Shown here piece after piece: positions 1 to 9,466 of a DNA stretch of 64,000 nt. Each line of letters begins with the position of its first letter. Positions within the stretch are counted from its first letter, which is position 1. Below the pieces are notes generated by a model. That model did no database searches. It was not told where the DNA came from and saw nothing but the letters and a program-made list of their open reading frames with translations. The DNA comes from Dehalococcoidia bacterium (lineage in GTDB: Bacteria; Chloroflexota; Dehalococcoidia; SM23-28-2; RBG-16-64-32). The position numbers and the translations under genes were made by a program. The DNA lies in the NCBI GenBank assembly GCA_034408935.1, contig DAOUMV010000014.1, forward strand, positions 32,564-96,563, in the 5' to 3' direction.

Positions 1-1028
1 TGGATGATCTCCAGCAGCCGCTCCGGGCTCGACCTCGCCTCCAGGAGTTGCTGGAACGGGATGAGGCCCAGGCCGTCGGCGCACTCCGCCGCCAGCACCA
101 CCGCCCCGCCCAGGCGCACCCCTTGCGCCGCCACCGACAACCCCTTGAACGACTGGTACAGGTTAATATCGGCCGGGTAGCCAAGGTTGCTCGTCACCGC
201 GATGTCGAACTCGTGCGGAATGGGCCGCACGTAGGCCTTCTCGGCGAAAGCGATGCCGGCGTCGTGGGCGCCCTCCAGCGTTCCGGCGAACACGCCGGTG
301 ATCGCCTTGTTCTGATTCAGCGTCACGTTGAGAGTGAACGTGGGGTCGGTCTCCAGCGCCACCTCCCGTATCTCCCGGAAGATGGGGTTCTCCTTCACGC
401 TGCACCAAGTCGACTTGGGGTGGCCCACCATGGGACCGCTGTGGTTGGACATCACCGCATCAACCCCAGCGATGCCCGGAAGCACCGCCTTGCCGCCTCC
501 TGAGTACCCGGCGAAGATGTGGGGCTCCACGAAGCCGGTCAGGATCTTCACCTTCGCCTGCATGTAGTGGCGGTTGATGCTGACGCGGGCGCGGCGCTTG
601 TTGGTCATGAGGTAGGTGAGCCGGCCCGGGGCCTCCGGGTCATGTTGCACGATGCGGAAGCTCTCCACGACGTCTGCACCCAACATCGACCTCAGTTCGT
701 CCGGCGTGCTCACGCGGTGCATGCCCAGGGCGTTGATCAGGGTGATGGACCGATGGCCGATTCCGGCCTCGGCAAGCTCCTCCAGCAGAACCGGGATGAC
801 GATGTGGTTGGGCATGGGCCGCGTCACGTCGGAGAACACGATGGCTACGGTATCACCCGGCATCACGCGCTCTTGCAACGGGGCACAGCCGATGGGCCTG
901 CGCAGCGCCTCACGGACGGCGGCGACGGGGTCAGAAAGGGCCGGCACCTGCGCCGGCTCGAGGACGTGGGCATGGTTCGGCAGGTCTACCCGCAGACCAG
1001 TCCTGCCGTAGGCGAGTTCTACTTTCAT
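1..1028 (-). CDS. LarA-like (nickel-dependent lactate racemase / DUF2088 family) protein, 3' end outside window
   Basis: Minus-strand translation from ATG (revcomp of 1026-1028) reads MKVELAYGRTGLRVDLP...VTRPMPNHIVIPVLLEEL...HIFAGYSGGGKAVLPGIAG...NLYQSFKG. Order and motifs match the LarA N-terminal and central regions as recalled. The frame continues beyond position 1. The listed plus-strand ORFs 48-503 and 519-1097 are antisense artefacts. Confidence 0.65.
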   Translation of the reverse strand, partial: MKVELAYGRTGLRVDLPNHAHVLEPAQVPALSDPVAAVREALRRPIGCAPLQERVMPGDTVAIVFSDVTRPMPNHIVIPVLLEELAEAGIGHRSITLINALGMHRVSTPDELRSMLGADVVESFRIVQHDPEAPGRLTYLMTNKRRARVSINRHYMQAKVKILTGFVEPHIFAGYSGGGKAVLPGIAGVDAVMSNHSGPMVGHPKSTWCSVKENPIFREIREVALETDPTFTLNVTLNQNKAITGVFAGTLEGAHDAGIAFAEKAYVRPIPHEFDIAVTSNLGYPADINLYQSFKGLSVAAQGVRLGGAVVLAAECADGLGLIPFQQLLEARSSPERLLEII

Positions 1029-1190
1029 CCGCGATCCGTCAACGGCGGATGCTACAGGCAGCGCAGGTTCACTGTCAAGGCGCACGGTATAGAATGACGA
1101 CATGGCGCAGGAGCGGTCCGACGCGGCGGAGTATCTGACCGGGCAGGTGGTCTGCATCTAGGGCGACGCCCTGAGCCACATGCAGCCATC

Positions 1191-1895
1191 ATGAGTGAGC
1201 AGGTAATCATCGACCAGCGATTCAATGGGCCCCCAGAGTCGGGGCACGGAGGCTACGTATGCGGGGTCGTCGCCGGGCTCATCGGCGGCCCGGCCGAGGT
1301 CACCCTGCGCCGCCCGCCTCCTCTCGATCAGCCGCTTGAGGTCCAGCGGCTCGAGCACGACCGCGTCGCCCTGCGCGACGGCGAGACGGTCATCGTCGAG
1401 GGAGCCGCCGCCTCGGTGGAGATCGACGTACCGGAGCCGGTTAGCTTCGCGGACGCGGAGGCGGCCAGCACATCCTATATCGGGGCCCAGCAGCACGCGT
1501 TCCCCACCTGCTTCGGTTGCGGGCCGCGGCGCACCGAGGGTGACGGCCTTCGCATCTTCCCCGGGCGGGTCGAAGGGCGCGACATCGTTGCCGCCCCATG
1601 GATGCCGGACTCCACCCTGACCGACGAGAAGCGGACGGTGTGGCCGGAGTTCGTGTGGGCGGCCCTGGACTGCTCCGGGGGATGGGCGCTCCTCGCCCAG
1701 TTGCCCGAACGGCCGGTGGTGCTGGGCCGGCTCGCCGCAAAGCTCCTGGCGCCGGTTCGGGGCGAGGAGCGGTGCGTGGTCATTGGGTGGCCGCTCGGCG
1801 AGGATGGCCGCAAGCTCTACTCCGGCACGGCGCTGTTCTCCGAGGGCGGGGAGCTACGCGCCTTCGCCAGGGCCACCTGGGTCAGGCTGGCCTGA
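1191..1895 (+). CDS. hotdog-fold thioesterase-like protein
   Basis: 234-aa ORF. N-terminal NGPPESGHGGYVCGVVAGL motif is typical of PaaI/4HBT-type acyl-CoA thioesterases. Coding-like composition. Confidence 0.55.
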   Translation: MSEQVIIDQRFNGPPESGHGGYVCGVVAGLIGGPAEVTLRRPPPLDQPLEVQRLEHDRVALRDGETVIVEGAAASVEIDVPEPVSFADAEAASTSYIGAQQHAFPTCFGCGPRRTEGDGLRIFPGRVEGRDIVAAPWMPDSTLTDEKRTVWPEFVWAALDCSGGWALLAQLPERPVVLGRLAAKLLAPVRGEERCVVIGWPLGEDGRKLYSGTALFSEGGELRAFARATWVRLA

Positions 1896-1919
1896 CGCCA
1901 GACCATAACGCGGTAGGGC

Positions 1920-2345
1920 ATGAACACTGTCTGGGTCATCGCGATTGTGGGCTTCCTCGTCGGGTGTATCGGCCTTGGAGCAGCCGCGTGGTTCGCCCAG
2001 ACGGGCGGCCGTCTGGCCGCCTTAGGCGGACTGCGGCGAGGTGGCCCGGAGGAGCGCACCCTCGTCCGGCGGATACTCCGTCTGCCCGTGCGCTGCAAGC
2101 TGCGCCTGGCGTTGGCCCTCGTTCGGGACTCGCGCATCCATCTGGCTGTGCGGGCCATCCCGCCGGGCCTGATCCTCTACCTGGCGACGCCCATCGACGT
2201 GATACCGGACTTCATCCCCGTGCTGGGACACGTTGACGACGTGATCATCCTAGTCGTCGGCGTTGGGCTCCTTCTGCGATTCACGCCACGGGACGTTCTG
2301 GAGGAGCACGTCTCGCGGCTGGAGACGGGTGAAGCCAGCGTCTGA
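1920..2345 (+). CDS. DUF1232 (YkvA-like) small membrane protein
   Basis: 141 aa. N-terminal TM helix plus IDVIPDFIPVLGHVDD motif characteristic of DUF1232. Confidence 0.6.
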   Translation: MNTVWVIAIVGFLVGCIGLGAAAWFAQTGGRLAALGGLRRGGPEERTLVRRILRLPVRCKLRLALALVRDSRIHLAVRAIPPGLILYLATPIDVIPDFIPVLGHVDDVIILVVGVGLLLRFTPRDVLEEHVSRLETGEASV

Positions 2346-2353
2346 CTTAGCGG

Positions 2354-3622
2354 CTACTCGTGCGCCGACCAGTCGGGCGTCGTGCCCGTCACGCCTTCCC
2401 GCTCCAGCGTCGCGATCTCCTCCTGCGATAGCCCCAGCAGCTCCCCCAGTACGTAGCCGTTGTGCTCGCCAAAGGCCGGCGCGGGCAGCCGGATGTGCCC
2501 AGGCGACTCGCTCATGTGCCAGTGCGGCCCCTCCACCTCCCACACCCCCGCCACCGAATGCGATACGCTCTCGTAGAAGCCTCGTGCCCTCAGGTGCGGG
2601 TCGGCGAAGACTTCCGGCACGCTGAGCATCGGCGAGCAGGGCACCCCAGCCGCCTGCAGCGCCTCCGCCACATCGTCCTTCGTGCGCCCCCGCACCCAGT
2701 CGGAGATCAGTCCGTCCAGAGCGTCCTGATTGCGGTGTCGGCTCACCACGTCGGCGAAGCGCGCGTCCCCGGCCAGCTCCGGGTGGCCCACGGTCTTGCA
2801 CAGGGCGGCGAACTGGGCGTCGCCCTCGCAGGCGATCGCCACCCACTGATCGTCGGGCGGACGCCCGCCCGTCTGGGCGCCCGCACAGGGATAGCAGCCG
2901 TGGGGGGCCATTGACGAGTGCCGGTTGCCGCTGCGCGGCGGCTCGCGGCCCTGCATGGAGTAGCCCACGATGTGCTCGCCGATGACGTTGATGAGGTTCT
3001 CCCGCTGGGCCACCTCGACGTACTGGCCGCGGCCGGTGCGGCGGCGGTCCCACAACGCTAGCGCCACCGCCCCAGCGGCGGCGATGCCCGCTATCGGATC
3101 GCCGTAGCTGATGCCCGTCTTCTGGGACGGGCCGTCCTTGTACCCCGTGAGGTGGCAGAAACCGGATAGCTGCTCCGCGTTCGTCCCGTAGGCGATGAAG
3201 TCGCGCTCGGGGCCCGTCTTGCCGTGCCCCGGCATGGACACGACGATCACCTGCGGGTTTGCCCGCGCCAGGTCGTCATAGCTAAGGCCCAGGTTGTCCA
3301 TCACCTCCGCCCGGAAGTTCTCCATGACCACGTCGGAGATCTCAACCAGACGCAGGAACAGCTCGCGGCCCTTTTCCTGGGACAGGTCAAGCGCGCAGCC
3401 GTACTTGTTGCGGTTCAGGTGGTTGAAGTAGGGCGACTTGTCCCACACCCGCTCGACCGTGGGCGGCTGGCCCGTGAAGGAGCGGATGAAGTCCCAATTG
3501 CGGACGGCCTCCACCTTGATCACCTCGGCGCCCATGTCGGCCAGCAGTCGGGTAGCGTAGGGCCCGGCCCAGGCCATGGTCAGGTCAACAACCCGGACGC
3601 CGTGGAGAGGAAGGCGGAACAC
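2354..3622 (-). CDS. CoA-transferase family III (CaiB/BaiF) protein
   Basis: 422 aa. Begins LHGVRVVDLTMAWAGPYATRLLADMGAEVIKVE, the family-III CoA-transferase N-terminal signature. Full length is typical (~400 aa). Confidence 0.85.
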   Translation of the reverse strand: MFRLPLHGVRVVDLTMAWAGPYATRLLADMGAEVIKVEAVRNWDFIRSFTGQPPTVERVWDKSPYFNHLNRNKYGCALDLSQEKGRELFLRLVEISDVVMENFRAEVMDNLGLSYDDLARANPQVIVVSMPGHGKTGPERDFIAYGTNAEQLSGFCHLTGYKDGPSQKTGISYGDPIAGIAAAGAVALALWDRRRTGRGQYVEVAQRENLINVIGEHIVGYSMQGREPPRSGNRHSSMAPHGCYPCAGAQTGGRPPDDQWVAIACEGDAQFAALCKTVGHPELAGDARFADVVSRHRNQDALDGLISDWVRGRTKDDVAEALQAAGVPCSPMLSVPEVFADPHLRARGFYESVSHSVAGVWEVEGPHWHMSESPGHIRLPAPAFGEHNGYVLGELLGLSQEEIATLEREGVTGTTPDWSAHE

Positions 3623-3689
3623 CTAGCCTCCCCTCCTGGCCCCGCGCCTGAACCAGCAAGCCAGAGAGCCAGCAAACCAGTACTCGAGG

Positions 3690-3735
3690 TTTGCAGGTTT
3701 GTTGGTTTGTTGGTTTGTTGGTTCGTTGGTTTGCC
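3690..3735. repeat. tandem 8-bp repeat (TTGGTTTG)x~5 in the intergenic region between two CoA-transferase genes
   Basis: Sequence ggtttgttggtttgttggtttgttggttcgttggtttg read directly. It lies ~70-110 nt upstream of the 2354-3622 gene start on the minus strand. Confidence 0.6.
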
Positions 3736-3750
3736 TGCCTGTGCGAAGCA

Positions 3751-4743
3751 CTACGCCACCCCCGCTGCCCGCAGGCGCGCCAGCTCGCCGCCGCTCAGGC
3801 CCAGCTCCTCGCAGTACACCTCGCGGTTATGCTCCCCCAGCAGGGGAGCGCGCCCGGCCCTCCACTGAACCTCGCTCATGCGGAAGGGCGGGCCAGGGTA
3901 GGTCCGACGGCCCGCCACCGGGTGCTCCGCCTCCTGGAAGTAGCCGCGGGCCCGCAGTTGCTCCGACTCCAGCAGATCAGCCACGGTCTGCACGGAGGTG
4001 ATGGGCGCGTCGGTCGCGTCCACCATACTGGACAGGACGTTGCCGCCGCGCTTGGAGATGTCCCGCTTCAGGTACGCCCACCAGGGAAGGTACAGCTCCA
4101 GGGCGGAGGCCATGCACTCCTGTGCCGAGATGTCCACGTGCTGCGGCACCTCCGTGGCGTCCGCCTGGTGGGCAGCGACCGCCGCCGCCGCGAACGCCTG
4201 CAGCCCGGCCTGGTACTCCACCTGATAGCCCGCGTTGACCAGCGGCTCCCGATCCGGCTCCCCGGTGAGCGACATCTGGCCGCCGGAAGCGAACGACGTC
4301 AGGTTGGTCGCCCGCCAGCCCGCCTTGGGGCCGCTCTGACCGTAGGGGGTGATAGAGACCAAGACGATACGCCGCTTGATCGACTTCAGCGCCTCGAAGC
4401 CGAGCCCTATCGACTCCAGGTTGCCGGGCGGGAAGCTCTCAACGATAACGTTGGTGTCCTCCACCAGCCGACGGAACAACCGCTGCCCAGTCGGCTGAGA
4501 GATGTCGAGAGTGACGCTGCGTTTGTTCGTGCCCAGGTAGAGCCACAACGCCCCCGTCTCGCGGTGCGGCCGGTCGTCTGGGAAGGGGCCATGGCGCCGC
4601 GTGGGATCGCCAGACGGCGGCTCCACCTTGAGCACGTCCGCCCCGTAGTCGGCGAACAGCTTGCCGCAATAGCCGCCAGCCACGTTGTCGGAGAGGTCGA
4701 GGACGCGCAGCTCGGCCAGCGTGGACTCGGGTTCACCAGGCAT
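3751..4743 (-). CDS. CoA-transferase family III (CaiB/BaiF) protein, short form
   Basis: 330 aa. LRVLDLSDNVAGGYCGKLFADYGADVLKVEPP N-terminal signature. Shorter than typical; C-terminal region may be reduced. Confidence 0.8.
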   Translation of the reverse strand: MPGEPESTLAELRVLDLSDNVAGGYCGKLFADYGADVLKVEPPSGDPTRRHGPFPDDRPHRETGALWLYLGTNKRSVTLDISQPTGQRLFRRLVEDTNVIVESFPPGNLESIGLGFEALKSIKRRIVLVSITPYGQSGPKAGWRATNLTSFASGGQMSLTGEPDREPLVNAGYQVEYQAGLQAFAAAAVAAHQADATEVPQHVDISAQECMASALELYLPWWAYLKRDISKRGGNVLSSMVDATDAPITSVQTVADLLESEQLRARGYFQEAEHPVAGRRTYPGPPFRMSEVQWRAGRAPLLGEHNREVYCEELGLSGGELARLRAAGVA

Positions 4744-4780
4744 AGCGGCGTATATCGTAGGCGAAAGCGAGGGTGCGGCG

Positions 4781-5540
4781 CTAGATGTTGGAGTGGCCCT
4801 GGCCGCCGTCCACCACCACAGAGGCGCCCGTGACCCACGACGCCCGCGGCGACAGCAGGAAGACGACCACGTTGGCCACCTCCTCGGCGGTGCCGAACCG
4901 CCCCATCGGTATGTTCTCCGCTACGAAGCGTGCCATCCCTTCCGGGTCCTCCTGCTGGCGTCGCCACCAAGAGCCGCCGGGGTGGCTGATGGAGCCGGGA
5001 GCGACAGTGTTGACGCGGATGCGGTCCGGCGCCAGCCCCGTGGCCATCGCCTTGGCGTGGGAGATAAGGGCCGCCTTCATGGCGTTGTACCCCGGATGGC
5101 CGCCCGCCTCTCGGCCCCAGATGGAGGCGAGATGGACGACGGCGCCGCCACCGGCCTCCCGTAGGTGGGGCACGACCAGCCTGGTCAAGCGCGCCGCCGG
5201 CAGGAACAGCATCTGGAACGACTGCTCCCACACGGCGTCCTCATCGCCGGGGGCAGCAAAGTGGATGGAGTTCACGAGCGCATCGATGCGCCCGAAGCGA
5301 TCGATCGTTGCCTGCACGAGGCGCTCGGCGTCAGCGCCCTGCGTGAGGTCACAAGGGACGGCGAGGACCTGGGAGCCGGCGTCCTCCACCTCGGCTGCGG
5401 CCTGGCGGAGCGGTTCCTCGCCGCGGGCGGCCAGGACCACGTGGCAGCCCTCGACGGCGAGGGTAAGCGCGGTCGCTTTGCCGATGCCGCGGGAGGCCCC
5501 AGCGACTATCGCCACCTTGTCCTGCAGGCCCAGGTCCATG
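4781..5540 (-). CDS. SDR family oxidoreductase
   Basis: Start taken at MDLGLQDKVAIVAGASRGIGKA (TGxxxGIG Rossmann motif). The longer listed ORF adds an implausible R-rich N-terminus. NAMKAAL / YxxxK-like region present. Confidence 0.85.
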
Positions 5541-5689
5541 GCGGCTCTTATCTTAGGCAAAACGGGCTCAAAGGCAAAGGGGGCGCGCCTCCGCTGAGAC
5601 GCGCCCCCTGCCACAGACCACTGTGTCCGAGCCACCGCCGGAAGCGGGTTCACCTCCGCCGGTGGGAGGCAGCTCACATCGCCGGGGCC

Positions 5690-6964
5690 CTAGCGGGCGG
5701 CCATCCCCACGATCGGCTGGTTGAGAGTGATATTCCCCGTGGAGCCGTAGAAGACGGCATCGCCGAAGGCGAAAATGCCCCCGTCCGAGGCAACGAACCA
5801 GTAGCCGAGACCGGTTGGGTTAGCCGCCATCCCCACAACCGGCTGGTTCAGGACGATGTCCCCCGTGGAACCGAAGAAAGCGGCATCACCGAAAGCGAAG
5901 ATGCCCCCGTCCGAGGCCACCAGCCAGTAGCCGTTGCCGCTTGGCGTGGACGCCATCCCCACGATCGGCTGGTTCAGGGCAGTGGCGCCCGTGGAGCCGT
6001 AGAAGACGGCATCGCCAAAAGCGAATATGCCCCCGTCCGAGGCAACGAGCCAATAGCCGTTGCCGCTTGGGGTGGCGGCCATCCCCACAATCGGCTGATT
6101 GAGGGCGATGTTTCCCGTCGACCCGTGGAAGCCTGCATCGCCGAAAGCGAAGATGCCGCCGTCCGTGGCCACCAGCCAGTAGCCGTTGCCGCTTGGCGTG
6201 GCCGCCATCCCCACGATCGGCTGGTTCAGGACGATGTCCCCCGTGGAGCCGAAGAAGACAGCATCGCCGAAAGCGAAGATTCCCCCGTCGGAGGCCACGA
6301 GCCAGTAGCCGTTCCCGCTTGGCGTGGCCGCCATCCCCACAATCGGCTGGTTGAGGGCGATGGCGCCAGTGGAGCCGTGGAAGACGGCATCGCCGAAGGC
6401 GAAGATGCCCCCGTCCGAGGCCACCAGCCGGTAGCCAAGGCTGGGCTCCGGCGGGGCTACCCCCGGCAAGGGCGCGGGCGGGGGTATGAACGGAGGCGGT
6501 GGCGGAGGGGGCAGCGTGGGCACAACGGTCGTGGCCGTCCAGGTCAGCCCAGAAGAGTAGCATGGAGGCGCATATGGAGGAATCGCCCTCGCCGTGGCCC
6601 TGACACCGCCCTCAGCGCTGCCGGCTGTTGGGAACGAGCCGCCGAAAGACAGACCCCAAATCACAGTGCGGCTGAAACTGTTGTTGTCGATGCTCAAGGG
6701 CGGTGTAAATTGAACTCTCATCTCGCTGAACGTGCAAGTGTTGCCTGGGATGTCTGTGGCAGCGAAGCGGCTGATTCCCGATCCGTCAGCCGAAACGGTA
6801 AACTCGACCGTCCCGCCGCCGGAGTGAGTTCCCGTATAGGTAGCGCCGGCGATGACGTTGGCGTGGGCGCGCGGCGCGGTGTGGAGTGCGCCTGCGGCGA
6901 ACAGTAGCGTCGCCAGCGCCGTTAGCGCCACCAGGCTAAGCAGGGAAAAGCGCACCAATCGCAT
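5690..6964 (-). CDS. secreted protein with N-terminal domain, poly-Pro linker and 8 tandem ~41-aa repeats (GYWLVASDGGIFAFGDAxFxGSTGxIxLNQPIVGMAATPSGN); function unknown
   Basis: Start set at MRLVRFSLLSL (ATG at 6964) preceded by a perfect AAGGAGG SD. Signal-peptide-like N-terminus, PPPPPPPFIPPPAPLP linker, then highly regular repeats. The same repeat array is found in the 24864-27329 gene. Confidence 0.7.
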   Translation of the reverse strand: MRLVRFSLLSLVALTALATLLFAAGALHTAPRAHANVIAGATYTGTHSGGGTVEFTVSADGSGISRFAATDIPGNTCTFSEMRVQFTPPLSIDNNSFSRTVIWGLSFGGSFPTAGSAEGGVRATARAIPPYAPPCYSSGLTWTATTVVPTLPPPPPPPFIPPPAPLPGVAPPEPSLGYRLVASDGGIFAFGDAVFHGSTGAIALNQPIVGMAATPSGNGYWLVASDGGIFAFGDAVFFGSTGDIVLNQPIVGMAATPSGNGYWLVATDGGIFAFGDAGFHGSTGNIALNQPIVGMAATPSGNGYWLVASDGGIFAFGDAVFYGSTGATALNQPIVGMASTPSGNGYWLVASDGGIFAFGDAAFFGSTGDIVLNQPVVGMAANPTGLGYWFVASDGGIFAFGDAVFYGSTGNITLNQPIVGMAAR

Positions 6965-7144
6965 GTCCCCCTCCTTTCGGCACGATAGCGTGTCCATCAC
7001 AGCTATGTCAGCACTCTGAGGGGAGAAATCGGACTCATCACATGGCCCCCTCCCTCGTGTCCTTCAACCCGCGCCAAGGGGCTCACACGCTAGCACAACC
7101 TTCGCAAAGGTGTCAAGGGCGGCTGAAGCGCAGGCCCTGCCCCC

Positions 7145-7921
7145 CTACCCCGGCGGGCGGGGCGGCGGCGGCCGGTCCCCAGTGCGGTAGCGGCGCAGCC
7201 CCTCCGCCATCGCCGGGTCACCCAGGCTCGCCTCGTGGACGCGGCGCTCCAGGTCGAGCCCTTCTGGCACGGAGAGCGACAGCCCCTCGATGGCGGCCCG
7301 ACGGTCGTTTCGCAGGCTGACCTGCGGGTAGGTTGACATGGCAGCGGCCAGTTCGAGGGCTCGCTCCAGCGCCCCGCCCTTCGCCACCACCTCCTGCACC
7401 AGCCCCATGCACAGGGCGTGCCGCGCGTCGATCATCACCCCGGTCTCGATGAGGTACAGCGCGTTGCCCAGGCCCACGATGCGAGGCAGGCGCTGGGTGC
7501 CCCCGTCCAGCAGCGGCACGCCCCAGCGGCGGTTCAGCACCCCGAACTGGGCAGTCTCGTCCGCGATGCGGAAGTCGCACCAGCAGGCCAGCTCCAGTCC
7601 GCCAGCTAGGCAGTAGCCGTTGACGGCGGCGATGGTCGGCTTCTCTAGGTCGGTGATGCGAGAGAAGCCCATAGGGCCGGACTCCTGAACGCCGGGGCGG
7701 GCCATAAGGGTCTCACCGCGCTTCAGGTCCGCGCCGGCACAGAAGGCGACCTCGCCGGTGCCGGTGAGGATGAGCACGTCCACCGAATCGTCGCCGCGGA
7801 ACGCCTCGACAGCCTCGAATAGCAGCGCGGCCGTCTCGCCTTCGACAGCGTTGCGGGCCTCTGGCCGGTTGATGGTGACCACGAACGCCCGATCGCGGGT
7901 TTCGGTGAGGACGTTGGGCAT
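7145..7921 (-). CDS. enoyl-CoA hydratase/isomerase (crotonase) family protein
   Basis: 258 aa. AFVVTINRPEARNA...AFCAGADLK crotonase motifs. Confidence 0.85.
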   Translation of the reverse strand: MPNVLTETRDRAFVVTINRPEARNAVEGETAALLFEAVEAFRGDDSVDVLILTGTGEVAFCAGADLKRGETLMARPGVQESGPMGFSRITDLEKPTIAAVNGYCLAGGLELACWCDFRIADETAQFGVLNRRWGVPLLDGGTQRLPRIVGLGNALYLIETGVMIDARHALCMGLVQEVVAKGGALERALELAAAMSTYPQVSLRNDRRAAIEGLSLSVPEGLDLERRVHEASLGDPAMAEGLRRYRTGDRPPPPRPPG

Positions 7922-7979
7922 GACGGGCCTCCTTTCGACAGCGATGGGGACGGTCGCAGTCGTCGTCTATTCGGGCCGA

Positions 7980-8498
7980 CTACCTGGCGACGATGTCGTT
8001 CACGTGGCCCTGCACGTGCATCACGGCGATCAGATAGATGACGGTGGCCAGCGGCCCTTTGATTCCACCGGAAGACGTGATGGGCGTGGCGAGAAGCGCG
8101 TCGTCCGCCTGCTCGACGGCAGCGATGGTGGCGGCCCGGTTCGTCTGGAACTCCGCCAGCAAGTCCGCCACCGAAGCACCGGCTCGCTTCTCCACCTGAC
8201 GTTCGTTGTAGCTGCCGATGCCGCCACGCACGCTGCGGGTCGGCGGAGAACTCGACTTGGCACGGCTTTCGGTCGCTCCGGGGGACTCCCCCTGCTTCGG
8301 TATATCCAGAAGCCGCGGGTACGTCCACTCAAGCGACGCGATGTGCGCGAGGATTTCGCGGCCGTTCCAGCCGTTCTCGTAGCGTTCCCGCTCGAAGGCG
8401 TCGGCCGGGAGCCCGCTCAGCTTGTCGACAAGCTCCCGCTCGCCGGACAGCAGCGCTTCCAGAAGCTGCGTCTTGGACATCGGTGGTTGCTGCGTCAT
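7980..8498 (-). CDS. DinB/YfiT-like superfamily protein
   Basis: 172 aa. REILAHIASLEW... four-helix-bundle DinB-like pattern with a C-terminal His (HVQGH). Weak assignment. Confidence 0.5.
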   Translation of the reverse strand: MTQQPPMSKTQLLEALLSGERELVDKLSGLPADAFERERYENGWNGREILAHIASLEWTYPRLLDIPKQGESPGATESRAKSSSPPTRSVRGGIGSYNERQVEKRAGASVADLLAEFQTNRAATIAAVEQADDALLATPITSSGGIKGPLATVIYLIAVMHVQGHVNDIVAR

Positions 8499-8509
8499 GG
8501 CGATACCTC

Positions 8510-9448
8510 CTATTTGAACGCGGGGATCACCTCCCGCGAGAAGCGCAGGAGGCTATCGCGGTGGAAGCGAGGGAACTGGGCCACGATGATCTCCTGCGCC
8601 CCCGCGTCGACGAACCGCTGGACGCCGGCCTTGACCTCGTCCACGGAGCCCATGAGGACCGAGCGGCGGGCGTCCTCCTCGCTGCCGCCGCGCAAGGAGA
8701 CAAGCCCCTGCACGACGCGCTGCTGGAAGGCCGGGTCCTCGTTCAGGAACAGCAGCACCTGGATCGTTCGCCGGATGCTCGAATAGTCGCGGCCCGCCTC
8801 GCGGCAGTGCCGCTCCAGCACCTCGAACTTGTGCCGGACCTCCTCGGGCGTGCCAGTGACGTTGGCGGCGTCGGCGTACCTGGCGACGGTGCGCAGGGTG
8901 CGCCTCTCGCCCCCACCACCGACGACGATGGGTGGGTGTGGCTGCTGGACGCTGGGCGGGTTGTACGGCGGCCGGCCGAGCTGGTAGTAGCGACCCTGGA
9001 ACTTCGGCCTGTCTTGTGTCCAGAGCAGCCTGATCACCTGCACCGCCTCATCCAGTCGCTCCAGCCGCTCCCTGGTGGTGTAGAAGGGGATGGCGAACGC
9101 CTGGTGCTCGTAGATGTGCCAGGCACCGCCAAGGCCGAACTCCAACCGCCCGCCGGAGATATGGTCCACCGTTGTCGCCATCTTGGCCAGGACTGCGGGA
9201 TGACGATAAGTGTTGCCGCTCACTAGTATGCCCAAGCGCACGCGGGAGGTGGCCTGGGCCAGGGCGGCAAGGGCGGTCCAGCCCTCCATGCAGGGGCCCT
9301 CGGAACCGAAGGCGGAGCCCGTGCCGGTCACGAAATGGTCCATCAGCCAAAGGTGATCGAAGTTGGAGTCGCGGTCCAGCTCTTGCCAGAGGGACAGCAA
9401 CTCGTCCCAGGAGACGTCCGCTTGAGTGGCTGCCGCACCGAACTTCAT
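8510..9448 (-). CDS. LLM-class (luciferase-like) F420-dependent oxidoreductase
   Basis: 312 aa. FDHLWLMDHF...GILVSGNTYRHPAVLAKMATTVDHISGGRLEFGLGGAW is the classic LLM signature. GGAGGAG SD upstream. Confidence 0.85.
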   Translation of the reverse strand: MKFGAAATQADVSWDELLSLWQELDRDSNFDHLWLMDHFVTGTGSAFGSEGPCMEGWTALAALAQATSRVRLGILVSGNTYRHPAVLAKMATTVDHISGGRLEFGLGGAWHIYEHQAFAIPFYTTRERLERLDEAVQVIRLLWTQDRPKFQGRYYQLGRPPYNPPSVQQPHPPIVVGGGGERRTLRTVARYADAANVTGTPEEVRHKFEVLERHCREAGRDYSSIRRTIQVLLFLNEDPAFQQRVVQGLVSLRGGSEEDARRSVLMGSVDEVKAGVQRFVDAGAQEIIVAQFPRFHRDSLLRFSREVIPAFK

Positions 9449-9466
9449 ATCTCCTCCTTCCTGTCC

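Noticed and set aside
48-1097. plus-strand ORFs 48-503 and 519-1097
   Set aside because: Antisense to the LarA-like gene, which translates cleanly on the minus strand.
3691-4833. 380-aa plus-strand ORF and several other long ORFs (13221-14264 -, 15204-16421 -, 21528-22502 -, 35282-36553 -, 46257-47336 -, 19324-19941 -)
   Set aside because: All lie antisense to well-supported genes (CoA-transferase, crotonase, acyl-CoA synthetase, ABC exporter, large hypothetical, phage-like genes). They have Arg/Gly/Ala/Pro-rich, stop-free compositions expected from 68% GC DNA, and no SD or motifs.
5165-6907. 580-aa plus-strand ORF
   Set aside because: Antisense to the repeat-protein gene 5690-6964. Its translation is Arg/His/Gly-rich with repeated RGxxPVAVAAWRGRHPHDRLV units mirroring the real repeats on the other strand, a typical high-GC antisense artefact.
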